A program made the translations under genes and the position numbers. Of a stretch of DNA of 64,000 nucleotides, positions 55,469-64,000 are shown piece after piece. The stretch is from Patescibacteria group bacterium (GTDB lineage: Bacteria > Patescibacteriota > Minisyncoccia > Ryanbacterales > GWA2-47-10b): NCBI GenBank assembly GCA_038064855.1, contig JBBTSE010000002.1, positions 72,815 to 136,814 of the forward strand, read 5' to 3'. The notes below the pieces were generated by a model. It did no database searches. It saw nothing but the letters and a program-made list of their open reading frames with translations, and had not been told where the DNA came from. Each line of letters opens with the position of its first letter. Within the stretch, counting starts at the first letter, position 1.

Positions 55469-56764
55469 ATGACTTCACTCGAAACTATTGTATCGCTCGC
55501 AAAACGCAGGGGCTTTGTCTTCCCCGGGTCTGATATCTATGGCGGTCTTGCAGGTACTTGGGACTACGGTCCGCTTGGCGTTCTTCTCAAAGAAAATATT
55601 AAACGTGCGTGGTGGCGCGCCATGCGCAAGCCCCATATTTTCCCCCTTGATTCAGCGATTATATCAAGCGCTAAAGTGTGGCAGTCGTCAGGGCACACTG
55701 ATCACTTTACCGATCCACTCGTTGAGTGTCGCGTATGCAAACGCCGTTTTCGTACTGATCATATAGATGGTAGTAAATGTCCCGAATGCGGAGGGGTACT
55801 GGGCGAATCTCGCCAATTCAATATGATGTTCAAGACGCACGCGGGCGCCATCGAGGATGAATCAGCCGTGGCATATTTGCGCCCTGAGACCGCGCAGGGC
55901 ATTTTTATCAATTTTAAGAATGTCGTTGACGCGTTTCATCCCAAGCTCGCGTTTGGTATCGCGCAGATTGGCAAAGCCTTTCGCAATGAGATCACGCCGC
56001 GCAACTTCGTGTTTCGTTCGCGAGAGTTCGAGCAGATGGAGCTTGAGTATTTCTGCGATCCTAAAGATGCTGATCAATACTTTGCAGACATTCGCGCGAT
56101 GCGTATGCAATGGTTTTTGGATTTGGGCATCAAGGAAGAAAATTTGCGATTTCATGATTACGCGGCCGATGAGCTTGCGCACTATTCAAAAGCAACGACC
56201 GATATCGAATATCGCTTCGGTCTTTCGCAAGACGGTTTCTCGGAGCTCGAGGGCGTCGCTAACCGCACCGATTTTGATCTCAAAAATCATTTCCCAGGGT
56301 ATCGCTGGGCGGGGGACGACTTTACCAAATCTGACGCAGGATTTGTGCCCAATGTCATTGAACCATCGGTTGGCGTGGATCGCGCGTTTCTCGCGTTCAT
56401 GATTGATGCATATGATGAGGATGAGTTGGCGGGTGACAAGCGCGTGGTATTACGCCTTCATCCCAAGCTCGCGCCTATCACAGCCGCGATTTTCCCATTG
56501 GTATCGAACAAAGAGCATATCACCGCGAAGGCAAAAGAAGTTTTTGACATGCTTGGCCGCGAGTTTATGGTGCGTTGGGATGATATCGGCAATATCGGCA
56601 AGCGCTACCGCAGGCAAGATGAAATCGGCACCCCATGGTGCGTGACTATTGACTACCAAACACTTGAAGACGGTACGGTGACCGTGCGTGATCGCGATAC
56701 CGCAAAACAAGAGCGTATGGCAATCACAGAGATAGCAGGCATGTTTCAAGAAAAGCTTTTATAA
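55469..56764 (+). CDS. glyQS: Glycyl-tRNA synthetase (class II, dimeric type)
   Basis: Class II motifs (FRNEITPRNFVFRSREFEQME) and GlyRS N-terminus VFPGSDIYGGLAGTWDYGP. Confidence 0.93.
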   Translation: MTSLETIVSLAKRRGFVFPGSDIYGGLAGTWDYGPLGVLLKENIKRAWWRAMRKPHIFPLDSAIISSAKVWQSSGHTDHFTDPLVECRVCKRRFRTDHIDGSKCPECGGVLGESRQFNMMFKTHAGAIEDESAVAYLRPETAQGIFINFKNVVDAFHPKLAFGIAQIGKAFRNEITPRNFVFRSREFEQMELEYFCDPKDADQYFADIRAMRMQWFLDLGIKEENLRFHDYAADELAHYSKATTDIEYRFGLSQDGFSELEGVANRTDFDLKNHFPGYRWAGDDFTKSDAGFVPNVIEPSVGVDRAFLAFMIDAYDEDELAGDKRVVLRLHPKLAPITAAIFPLVSNKEHITAKAKEVFDMLGREFMVRWDDIGNIGKRYRRQDEIGTPWCVTIDYQTLEDGTVTVRDRDTAKQERMAITEIAGMFQEKLL

Positions 56765-56825
56765 ACATCTTTCCTCATGCTTTCGCCCCGCTTTCTTTTC
56801 GGGGTTTTTGTGATATGATGATGCT

Positions 56826-58100
56826 ATGAAATTTACCGAAAAGAAGTTTAAAAATGGCTTGCGCGCGATCGTCGCCCCCATGGAATCGACCCAGACGATT
56901 ACGATTTTGGTATTGGTAGGCACCGGTTCAAACTACGAGGCTAGAGACATCAGCGGCCTTTCGCACTTTCTCGAACATATGTTTTTTAAAGGTACTACCA
57001 AATATCCTAAGCCCGGTGAGCTCGACCGGCTACTCGACTCAGTAGGTGCTATCCACAATGCGTTTACTACACGCGAGGAGACGGGGTACTGGATCAAGGT
57101 AGACACCAAACAGTTTGATCTTGCTCTTTTGTTTGTTTCTGATATTTTGCAAAACGCGCTTCTCAAAGAAGAAGAGATCAATCGCGAGCGTGGCGTGATT
57201 TTAGAAGAGATGAAAATGTATTGGGACGACCCTCGTCGGCATGTGTGGTCGCTTTTTGAAGAGCTCGTGTACGGTGATAATGCGTACGGATGGGATGTGA
57301 TCGGTACTGCCGAGAATATTCGCACCATCAAGCGTTCGGATTTTTTGAAGTACTGGAAAAGCCAATATGTCGCACACAACACGGTAGTGACGGTCGCGGG
57401 TAATATATCAGAAGGCGAGACGCTACGCAAAATTGAAAAAGCATTTGGCAAGCTGCGTGTTGGCACGCCCGTAAAGGCAGCTGCGTACAAAGATCCAAAG
57501 TCCGGTCCACGCATGCGTCTTTTTGAAAAAAATACTGATCAATCACATATCGTGGTAGGTACGCTGGGGTATCCGCTCGAGAGTAAAGATCGTGTGGTTG
57601 CTGATGTGCTCTCGACTATTTTGGGTGGCTATATGAGCTCGCGTTTGTGGGCGGATATTCGGGGCAGGCACGGTCTCGCCTATGCTATTCGCGCGGGGCA
57701 TGATGCCTATCTCAAGACGGGTTATTTTGGTGCGTACGCGGGTGTACCGCATGAGCGCAGTATTGAAGTTGTCGAACGCATCGTAGGACACTTAGGAAAG
57801 ATCAAGCAGGGAGGCGTGACTGCCGAAGAACTTAAGCGCGCGAAAGATAACATCAAAGGACATCTTGCTATCTCGCTTGAATCGACTGACGAGGTCGCAT
57901 CATTTTTGGGTACGCAGGAGATCATGCTCGGTAAGATCAAAAAACCCGATGAGTTAATCAAAAAAGTTGACGCGGTTACGCGCCAAGATATTGCGCGCGT
58001 AGCAAAATCTTTGTTTCGCAAAGACAAACTATATCTCTCTATCATCGGTCCCAAACTTGAAAAAGGCCCGTATGAACAAATCCTCAAAAAAGCCCTATGA
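56826..58100 (+). CDS. M16-family zinc peptidase (insulinase-like)
   Basis: HFLEHMFFKGT inverted zinc-binding HxxEH motif. Confidence 0.88.
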   Translation: MKFTEKKFKNGLRAIVAPMESTQTITILVLVGTGSNYEARDISGLSHFLEHMFFKGTTKYPKPGELDRLLDSVGAIHNAFTTREETGYWIKVDTKQFDLALLFVSDILQNALLKEEEINRERGVILEEMKMYWDDPRRHVWSLFEELVYGDNAYGWDVIGTAENIRTIKRSDFLKYWKSQYVAHNTVVTVAGNISEGETLRKIEKAFGKLRVGTPVKAAAYKDPKSGPRMRLFEKNTDQSHIVVGTLGYPLESKDRVVADVLSTILGGYMSSRLWADIRGRHGLAYAIRAGHDAYLKTGYFGAYAGVPHERSIEVVERIVGHLGKIKQGGVTAEELKRAKDNIKGHLAISLESTDEVASFLGTQEIMLGKIKKPDELIKKVDAVTRQDIARVAKSLFRKDKLYLSIIGPKLEKGPYEQILKKAL

Positions 58101-59131
58101 GCCGTCATCCCCACACATCGATTGATATCTCAACAAGTACTCTCATTCGCCTTGCCTTGGTGATACTCGGGGTTGTTTTTCTATGGGTCATTCGTGACAT
58201 TCTGATGATTATTTTAGTGTCAATCGTGATTGCATCAGCGGTAGAACCCCTCGTACAGTGGTTTATGAAATGGCGCATGCCACGCGTACTCGCTACCTTG
58301 CTCATTTATCTTTCAGGGATGGCCTTTGTGATTGGCATCTTCTATCTGTTGGTGCCGCCGCTCGCGGGCGACTTTCAGCTCTTTTTCTCACAGTTACCCT
58401 CGCTTATCGAGACAGCGCTTGTGGGCTTTCAGCAAAAAGTTCCATTTTTCTCGTTTGATTTTGTCATCGATGCGATTCGCACCTCGACACTCAACGCTGA
58501 CCAATATGTGCGTGACGCGGTAGGTGGTTTCTTTAGCTTTTCGTCTGCCTTCTTCTCAGGCGTATTTTCGTTTGGATTCATTGTCATCATTTCCTTTTAT
58601 CTGACGGCACAGGAAGATGGTATCGCCGATGTTCTCCGTATCGTCACGCCCAAAGAATATGAAGAATACGCACTCAATCTGTGGGCGCGCTCACAGCGCA
58701 AGATTGGCAGGTGGCTCCAAGGCCAGCTTTTGCTCGGCCTTTTGGTGGGTGTGCTCGTATTTATTATGCTCACGGTATTGCGTGTTGAGCACGCGTTTTT
58801 GTTTGCGGTACTCTCGGCAGTCTTTGAGATTATTCCATACTTCGGACCCGTCATGGCAGCAATTCCCGCCATAGCAGTGACTGCCATCAAAGACCCGCTT
58901 TTGGGTCTCTTGGTCGCCGGTATTTATTTTTTGGTGCAACAAATGGAAAATCACCTGATCTATCCACAAGTAGTACGCAAGACGGTCGGTGTTCACCCGC
59001 TTTTGGCTATTATCGCGCTTCTTATTGGTGGGACGGTTGCGGGTGTTGTCGGTATTATCATTGCTATTCCTCTTGCAGTGATTCTTGTCGAGTATTTTAA
59101 CGATGTCGTTGAGCATAAGCGGATGGTTTGA
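58097..59131 (+). CDS. AI-2E family transporter (PerM-like)
   Basis: Eight TM helices and an AI-2E pattern. Confidence 0.8.
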   Translation: MSRHPHTSIDISTSTLIRLALVILGVVFLWVIRDILMIILVSIVIASAVEPLVQWFMKWRMPRVLATLLIYLSGMAFVIGIFYLLVPPLAGDFQLFFSQLPSLIETALVGFQQKVPFFSFDFVIDAIRTSTLNADQYVRDAVGGFFSFSSAFFSGVFSFGFIVIISFYLTAQEDGIADVLRIVTPKEYEEYALNLWARSQRKIGRWLQGQLLLGLLVGVLVFIMLTVLRVEHAFLFAVLSAVFEIIPYFGPVMAAIPAIAVTAIKDPLLGLLVAGIYFLVQQMENHLIYPQVVRKTVGVHPLLAIIALLIGGTVAGVVGIIIAIPLAVILVEYFNDVVEHKRMV

Positions 59132-60729
59132 TTCGGACCGACTCTATGGATAAAAAATTTTATATCACGACGCCTATTTTTTATGTAAATGCGGCACCTC
59201 ATCTCGGTCACGCATATGCTGATGTGATCGCCGACACGCTTGCGCGCTGGCACAGAAATCAGGGCGAGCGAACCTTTTTTTTATCAGGTACTGACGAGCA
59301 TGGAGCAAAGATTGTGCGTGCGGCAGAAAAGGTGGGCCTTTCTACCAAAGAGTTTGTAGAGAAGCATCGCGATGAGTTCAAGAAATTGCTCACAGCACTC
59401 GGCGCCCAGCAAGATGATTTTATTTATACATCAGATAGTGAGCGGCATTGGCCGGGTGCACAGGCATTTTGGAAAAAACTTGTAGATGCAGGCGATTTGT
59501 ATAAGGCGACATATAAAGGGCTTTATTGTGTTGGACATGAGGCGTTTGTCACCGAGAAAGATTTAGTTGATGGCAAATGCGTTGATCATAATCAAGCGCC
59601 CGAAGAGATCGCAGAAGAAAATTATTTTTTTAGACTCTCCAAGTATAAAGATCGTATCCGCGAGGCAATTGCATCTGACCAAATGCAGATCCTGCCTGCG
59701 AGTCGTAAAAAAGAGATTCTCGCATTTTTGGGAGAGGGGGTAGAAGATATTAGTTTCTCACGGCCTTCAAAAGATATTTCATGGGGTATCCCCGTACCAG
59801 ATGATCACGAACATACGATGTATGTGTGGGCTGACGCGCTGACAAACTATATTAGTGCGCTTGGATACGGGCGCAGTGACGATGCAAATTTTAAAATTTT
59901 TTGGCCAGCCGACGCGCATATCATAGGCAAAGATATTCTACGATTTCATGCGGCCATTTGGCCGGGCATGTTGCTCTCAGCGGGCCTTCCATTGCCACGC
60001 CGGCTTTTGGTGACTGGCATGATTCGTTCGGCAGGACAGAAGATGAGTAAAACGCTCGGCAATGTGATCGATCCGCATGAGTTTATCAGTGCCTACGGCA
60101 AAGATGCGTTTCGTTATTTTCTCCTGCGTGAGATACCGCTCGGTGAAGACGGCGATTTTACACGCGAACGATTTGCCAATGTCTACGAGGGTAATCTCGC
60201 GCACGGCATGGGCAATCTTGTTTCGCGCACGGCTGCCATGATCAATAAATATTTTGAAGGCGAACTCCATCGACCGTCAGCGGAGGCACTTGCTACTGTG
60301 CCTACGCGCCGCGTACTCAAGCATGAGGTGCTTGCATCTCGAGTATCACTCGACGGATCCGCGCTCGATGTGTATTTTGAACGAGATATCGCCGAAGAGT
60401 TCGGGCGTGCGATGTTTGAGTATCGTCTCACTGATGCTATCACCATGCTCTCCGGTTTTTTCTCGCTCCTCGACGGATATATTCAGGATTATGAGCCGTA
60501 TCGTTTGGTAAAAACTGATCCTGATAAAACAAAGGCGGTTTTGTGGAATGTGGCAATACATATCATTCGCGCCGCGCGCCTCCTCGAAGCGTTCATGCCC
60601 GAGACCGCGGCAAAGATGACGCGTGCATTTGGCGTGACGATTGAGACGAAAGAAGATCCGGTCACTCTTCGTGTCGTGTCAGGCGAAGCACTCTTTCCTT
60701 CAAAAGTAGATGGACCGAAGGCTGATTGA
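59128..60729 (+). CDS. metG: Methionyl-tRNA synthetase
   Basis: YITTPIFYVNAAPHLGHAY (HLGH) and KMSKTLGNVIDP (KMSKS) motifs. Confidence 0.95.
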   Translation: MIRTDSMDKKFYITTPIFYVNAAPHLGHAYADVIADTLARWHRNQGERTFFLSGTDEHGAKIVRAAEKVGLSTKEFVEKHRDEFKKLLTALGAQQDDFIYTSDSERHWPGAQAFWKKLVDAGDLYKATYKGLYCVGHEAFVTEKDLVDGKCVDHNQAPEEIAEENYFFRLSKYKDRIREAIASDQMQILPASRKKEILAFLGEGVEDISFSRPSKDISWGIPVPDDHEHTMYVWADALTNYISALGYGRSDDANFKIFWPADAHIIGKDILRFHAAIWPGMLLSAGLPLPRRLLVTGMIRSAGQKMSKTLGNVIDPHEFISAYGKDAFRYFLLREIPLGEDGDFTRERFANVYEGNLAHGMGNLVSRTAAMINKYFEGELHRPSAEALATVPTRRVLKHEVLASRVSLDGSALDVYFERDIAEEFGRAMFEYRLTDAITMLSGFFSLLDGYIQDYEPYRLVKTDPDKTKAVLWNVAIHIIRAARLLEAFMPETAAKMTRAFGVTIETKEDPVTLRVVSGEALFPSKVDGPKAD

Positions 60730-61549
60730 TATCCACGCGCATGTAAACTTCAACGCCTTTCGTGATGACGGCGATGAGGTGATGCGCCGTACGCTTGCAG
60801 GCGGTGTCGGCATGATTTTAGTCGGATCTCAATACGATACATCGGCGCGCGCTATTGAATATGCTGAACGATATCCTGAAGGTGTGTGGGCGGCGGTTGG
60901 CTTACATCCTATCCATGTGGGGGATGAGATTTATGTCGACGCGCAAGAAATATCAGCATCAGGCGTGCCAGGATTTAGCTCGCGTCACGAAGAGTTTGAT
61001 TACACAAAATACAAAAAACTCGCCATACATCCAAAGACCGTGGCGATTGGCGAATGCGGCCTTGATTATTTTCGTTCAGGTGGCACAGAGGTAGGGCGCG
61101 AAAAACAGTTTGAAGTATTGCGCGCGCACATCAAACTTGCGCGCGAAGTTCGAAAACCGCTTATCATTCACTGTCGTAATGCGTACGATGATTTGGCGCG
61201 CATTTTAACCGAAGAGCATGCGGACGAGGTGGGTGGCACTATTCATTTTTTTGCGGGCACATGGGCTGACGCACAAAAGTTTTTAGATCTTGGCTTCGGT
61301 CTTTCGTTCACAGGCGTTATCACTTTTGCGCGCGATTATGATGAAACCGTAAAAAACATGCCACTCGATCGCATTATGGTTGAGACTGACGCACCCTATG
61401 TCTCTCCCGTACCCTATCGAGGACGACGTAATGAACCTTTGTATGTAGAGGAAATCGCTAAAAAAGTAGCCGAGCTCCGCGGCATCTCTTTTGATGAAGT
61501 AGCAAAAGCTACAACCGAAAACGCAAAAAGGATTTTTAAATTGATCTAA
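60710..61549 (+). CDS. tatD: TatD-family metal-dependent DNase/hydrolase
   Basis: LIDIHAHVN..., GECGLDY and ETDAPY motifs. Confidence 0.9.
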   Translation: MDRRLIDIHAHVNFNAFRDDGDEVMRRTLAGGVGMILVGSQYDTSARAIEYAERYPEGVWAAVGLHPIHVGDEIYVDAQEISASGVPGFSSRHEEFDYTKYKKLAIHPKTVAIGECGLDYFRSGGTEVGREKQFEVLRAHIKLAREVRKPLIIHCRNAYDDLARILTEEHADEVGGTIHFFAGTWADAQKFLDLGFGLSFTGVITFARDYDETVKNMPLDRIMVETDAPYVSPVPYRGRRNEPLYVEEIAKKVAELRGISFDEVAKATTENAKRIFKLI

Positions 61550-61577
61550 AAATAAAAAGAGCCCCAGAATCTGGGGC
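61542..61577 (-). terminator. Terminator hairpin shared by the convergent tatD and minus-strand gene
   Basis: GCCCCAG-aat-CTGGGGC with a T-tract on the minus strand (AAAAATAAAAAGA on plus). Confidence 0.5.
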
Positions 61578-62023
61578 TATGCGGCGATTGTGGTGACCGA
61601 ACGAATCTCGGTGAAGAGACGAGCCATTTTGAGCATTTGTGGCGTTGTCAGAGACCCTACAAAACGAAGCTTCCTCCTCGGTATGTTTGGTGCGAATATT
61701 CGCACTTGGGTATCGATGTAGAGCTGAAGTACGGATCGAGAGCGCACTGTGTGAGATCCGCTGCGAATTTTCTCCCATTCCTCCTTGCAGACAGCGCACA
61801 TGCGGTGGCCGTCAGAATCTTCGAGTGGGCCGTTCAGATGGTTACAGGCGGCGCATGGATTTTTCAAGCTGCCTCCTTCCGCAAATACTGTACGGTATTG
61901 CGAGAGTGTCGTCAAATATGCTACCAATAATGCGAAGTCCTTTGCGAAAGGAGGGTTCCTCATGCAGGGCTTGCAACTCTTTTTCTGGCGATTGCGAGTT
62001 CTCGTACGCGCGGTGGCACTCAC
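61577..62023 (-). CDS. Hypothetical CxxC-rich (zinc-finger-like) protein; start uncertain
   Basis: SCKPC, PCAACNH and MCAVC motifs plus a downstream terminator. Its 5' end overlaps the plsC start divergently. Confidence 0.3.
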   Translation of the reverse strand: MSATARTRTRNRQKKSCKPCMRNPPFAKDFALLVAYLTTLSQYRTVFAEGGSLKNPCAACNHLNGPLEDSDGHRMCAVCKEEWEKIRSGSHTVRSRSVLQLYIDTQVRIFAPNIPRRKLRFVGSLTTPQMLKMARLFTEIRSVTTIAA

Positions 62024-62747
62024 GACATATATTGCTTGGTTCCATCATCGGGGTAGAGGTGTGGTGCGCAATCTCACGCGTCATCCTCGGGGTTCCCGGT
62101 CATGGAGCGACAAGACCCGTGGTCGCTACATTTGGCGTGTAGCACGGCGTTTCTGGGCGCAACCCATCATTAATTTGGCTCGCGCGCGAATCGAGGTGAT
62201 TGGCCGCGGGTATCTCGATGATACGGGCATATGCGTAGTTGCCGCGAATCACGAAAGCGCTTTTGATATACCGCTCGCGGTCGGTATCATCGAGGGTGGG
62301 CGATTCATCGTGAAGAAGGAGATTGCTCGTCTTCCGGTGTTTGGCAAGGCCGCGCTCCACGGTGGGCAAATTATCGTCGATCGCAGTAACAACGCGCAGG
62401 CGGTTGTCGCAATCAAGGCGGGGCTTGTCGTGTGGCCCAACGCACGCCTCGTCATCTTCGTGGAGGGGACGCGCACGCGAACAGGTGAGATGGGCCCCTT
62501 CAAAAAGGGCGCGTTTCATATCGCACTCGATACCAAATTGCCGATTGTACCAATGGCGATCTCAAATGCATTCCGCGTACTTCCTCCAAACTCGATTATG
62601 CGCGTCACGCCCGACGTACACGTCACGGTCGAATTCGGTAAGCCCATCATCGTTCACGCATCGGACACCGTTTTGTCACTCATGACCGAAACGCGTGCTC
62701 AGATCGAGCGTATGCGAGCAAGACATGCTGCGCGCGCCTCACCTTGA
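61962..62747 (+). CDS. plsC: 1-acyl-sn-glycerol-3-phosphate acyltransferase
   Basis: VVAANHESAFDIP (NHxxxxD) and FVEGTRTRTGE (EGTR) motifs. AAAGGAGGG RBS 7 nt before ATG 61962. Confidence 0.85.
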   Translation: MQGLQLFFWRLRVLVRAVALTTYIAWFHHRGRGVVRNLTRHPRGSRSWSDKTRGRYIWRVARRFWAQPIINLARARIEVIGRGYLDDTGICVVAANHESAFDIPLAVGIIEGGRFIVKKEIARLPVFGKAALHGGQIIVDRSNNAQAVVAIKAGLVVWPNARLVIFVEGTRTRTGEMGPFKKGAFHIALDTKLPIVPMAISNAFRVLPPNSIMRVTPDVHVTVEFGKPIIVHASDTVLSLMTETRAQIERMRARHAARASP

Positions 62748-62805
62748 TGGTGAGGCGCCTTTTTCTTTGCAGAGAAACACTTTTTGGCGTACGATAAGAA
62801 AACTA

Positions 62806-64000
62806 ATGAAGAAATATAACCCGCAAGCGCTGGAGAAAAAATGGCAGTCCGTATGGCTCAAAGATCGTATCTACGAGCCTGATTTAGACGGTGCTAAAAA
62901 ACCTTTTTTCAGTCTTATGATGTTTCCGTATCCGTCAGCGGAAGGCTTACATATTGGTAGTGTACGGACATTTACCGGCGTTGATATTTATAGTCGTTTT
63001 AAAAGAATGCAGGGGTACGATGTGTTTCAGCCAATCGGACTTGATGGATTTGGCATCAATGCTGAGAATTACGCGCTGAAAATAAATAAAAATCCCAAAG
63101 AACATTCCAAGGTCACTGAAGAGAATTTTTACCGTCAACTCAATGTTATTGGTAATAGCTTTGCGTGGGAAGAAAAGCTCGAGACCTATGGTCCTGAGTA
63201 TTATCGTTGGACACAATGGCTTTTTATTCAGCTTTTTAAGGCGGGGCTTGCGTACCGCAAAAAAGCCGAGGTCAATTGGTGTCCCAAGTGCGCGACCGTA
63301 CTTGCAAACGAACAGGTTATCGCGGGAGAGTGTGAACGATGCCAGACAAAAGTTATCAAAAAAGATCTTGAGCAATGGTTTTTTAAGATCACTGATTACG
63401 CAGATAGATTGCTCGCAGGCCTCGAAAGCATAGACTGGACAGAAAAAATAAAAATCGCGCAACGCAACTGGATCGGTAAGTCTAAGGGCGCTGAGATTGA
63501 TTTTGCGCTCGCGGATATTCCCGAGCAGACAGATGGTAAACATAAACTCAAGATATTTACCACGCGGCCCGATACAATTTTTGGTGCGACTTTTTGCGTA
63601 GTTTCACCCGAGCTTGCACAAAGCTGGCTTGATGTCGGCTGGCAAGCATCTGACGATGTGCGTGCCTATATCAAAGACGCACTCGCACGGCGTGCCCTTA
63701 CCGGTAATCGCGCTGGAGAAAAAGAAAAGACTGGTATTTTCTCGGGCATCAATGCGATAAATCCAGCAACCAAAAAAGAAGTTCCCGTGTGGGTTTCCGA
63801 TTATGTACTCGCAGGATACGGTACGGGCGCGATTATGGCGGTGCCGGCGCATGACGAGCGTGATCGTGAGTTTGCAGGGAAATTTAAGCTTCCTATTAGT
63901 AATGCGCCACTTGTAACTTTTGAAGATGGTGTCCAGAGTGCAGGCGGTAACCGTAAGACAAATTTTCGTTTGCGTGATTGGCTTGTATCGCGCCAGCGGT
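62806..64000 (+). CDS. leuS: Leucyl-tRNA synthetase (3' end outside window)
   Basis: MKKYNPQALEKKWQSVW...FPYPSAEGLHIGSVRTF (HIGH-class) and CPKCATVL..CERC zinc motifs. The frame is open to the window end. Confidence 0.9.
   Translation, partial: MKKYNPQALEKKWQSVWLKDRIYEPDLDGAKKPFFSLMMFPYPSAEGLHIGSVRTFTGVDIYSRFKRMQGYDVFQPIGLDGFGINAENYALKINKNPKEHSKVTEENFYRQLNVIGNSFAWEEKLETYGPEYYRWTQWLFIQLFKAGLAYRKKAEVNWCPKCATVLANEQVIAGECERCQTKVIKKDLEQWFFKITDYADRLLAGLESIDWTEKIKIAQRNWIGKSKGAEIDFALADIPEQTDGKHKLKIFTTRPDTIFGATFCVVSPELAQSWLDVGWQASDDVRAYIKDALARRALTGNRAGEKEKTGIFSGINAINPATKKEVPVWVSDYVLAGYGTGAIMAVPAHDERDREFAGKFKLPISNAPLVTFEDGVQSAGGNRKTNFRLRDWLVSRQR

Noticed and set aside
1-64000. Genetic code 25 (UGA=Gly) recoding, as in some CPR lineages
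   Set aside because: Long conserved genes (fusA, ileS, secY, tuf) are intact under the standard code with no internal TGA, so the lone in-frame TGA at 45322 is treated as a local lesion.

Overview
This 64 kb window looks like a compact bacterial chromosome segment of roughly 50% GC. It resembles a Candidate Phyla Radiation (CPR)/Patescibacteria-type genome: rpmD (L30) is absent between rpsE and rplO, several ribosomal proteins carry extensions, and there are many small membrane proteins. The gene order is rpsL-rpsG-fusA-tuf-rpsJ, then an S10-spc ribosomal block (rplC through secY-adk-map) interrupted by two toxin-antitoxin-like modules and a GC-rich orphan response regulator. After that come ruvX, a GT2, a GalT-like gene, tpiA and pgk. 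A cluster of secreted and membrane hypotheticals follows, with a RecB/Cas4-like nuclease, RNase H, a split ComEC, and a histidine kinase paired with a thrombospondin-repeat surface protein. Next are ndk, an RNase J-like beta-CASP protein, a LOG/TIGR00725 protein, a permease and UDG. Then comes the most notable element, a complete diversity-generating retroelement (DGR) at ~37.4-40.1 kb: a GC-rich target gene with a C-terminal variable repeat (VR), a template repeat (TR) that differs from the VR almost only at TR adenines, an Avd-like four-helix-bundle gene on the opposite strand, and a reverse transcriptase with YADD and LGxxxSQ motifs. Downstream are PolX, Nudix, a ZIP transporter, infC-rpmI-rplT, smpB-ssrA (tmRNA) and an aminoacyl-tRNA synthetase cluster (argS, ileS, glyS, metG, partial leuS). 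The ileS carries an embedded histidine-phosphatase domain. Several rho-independent terminators and two sigma70-like promoters are readable directly.
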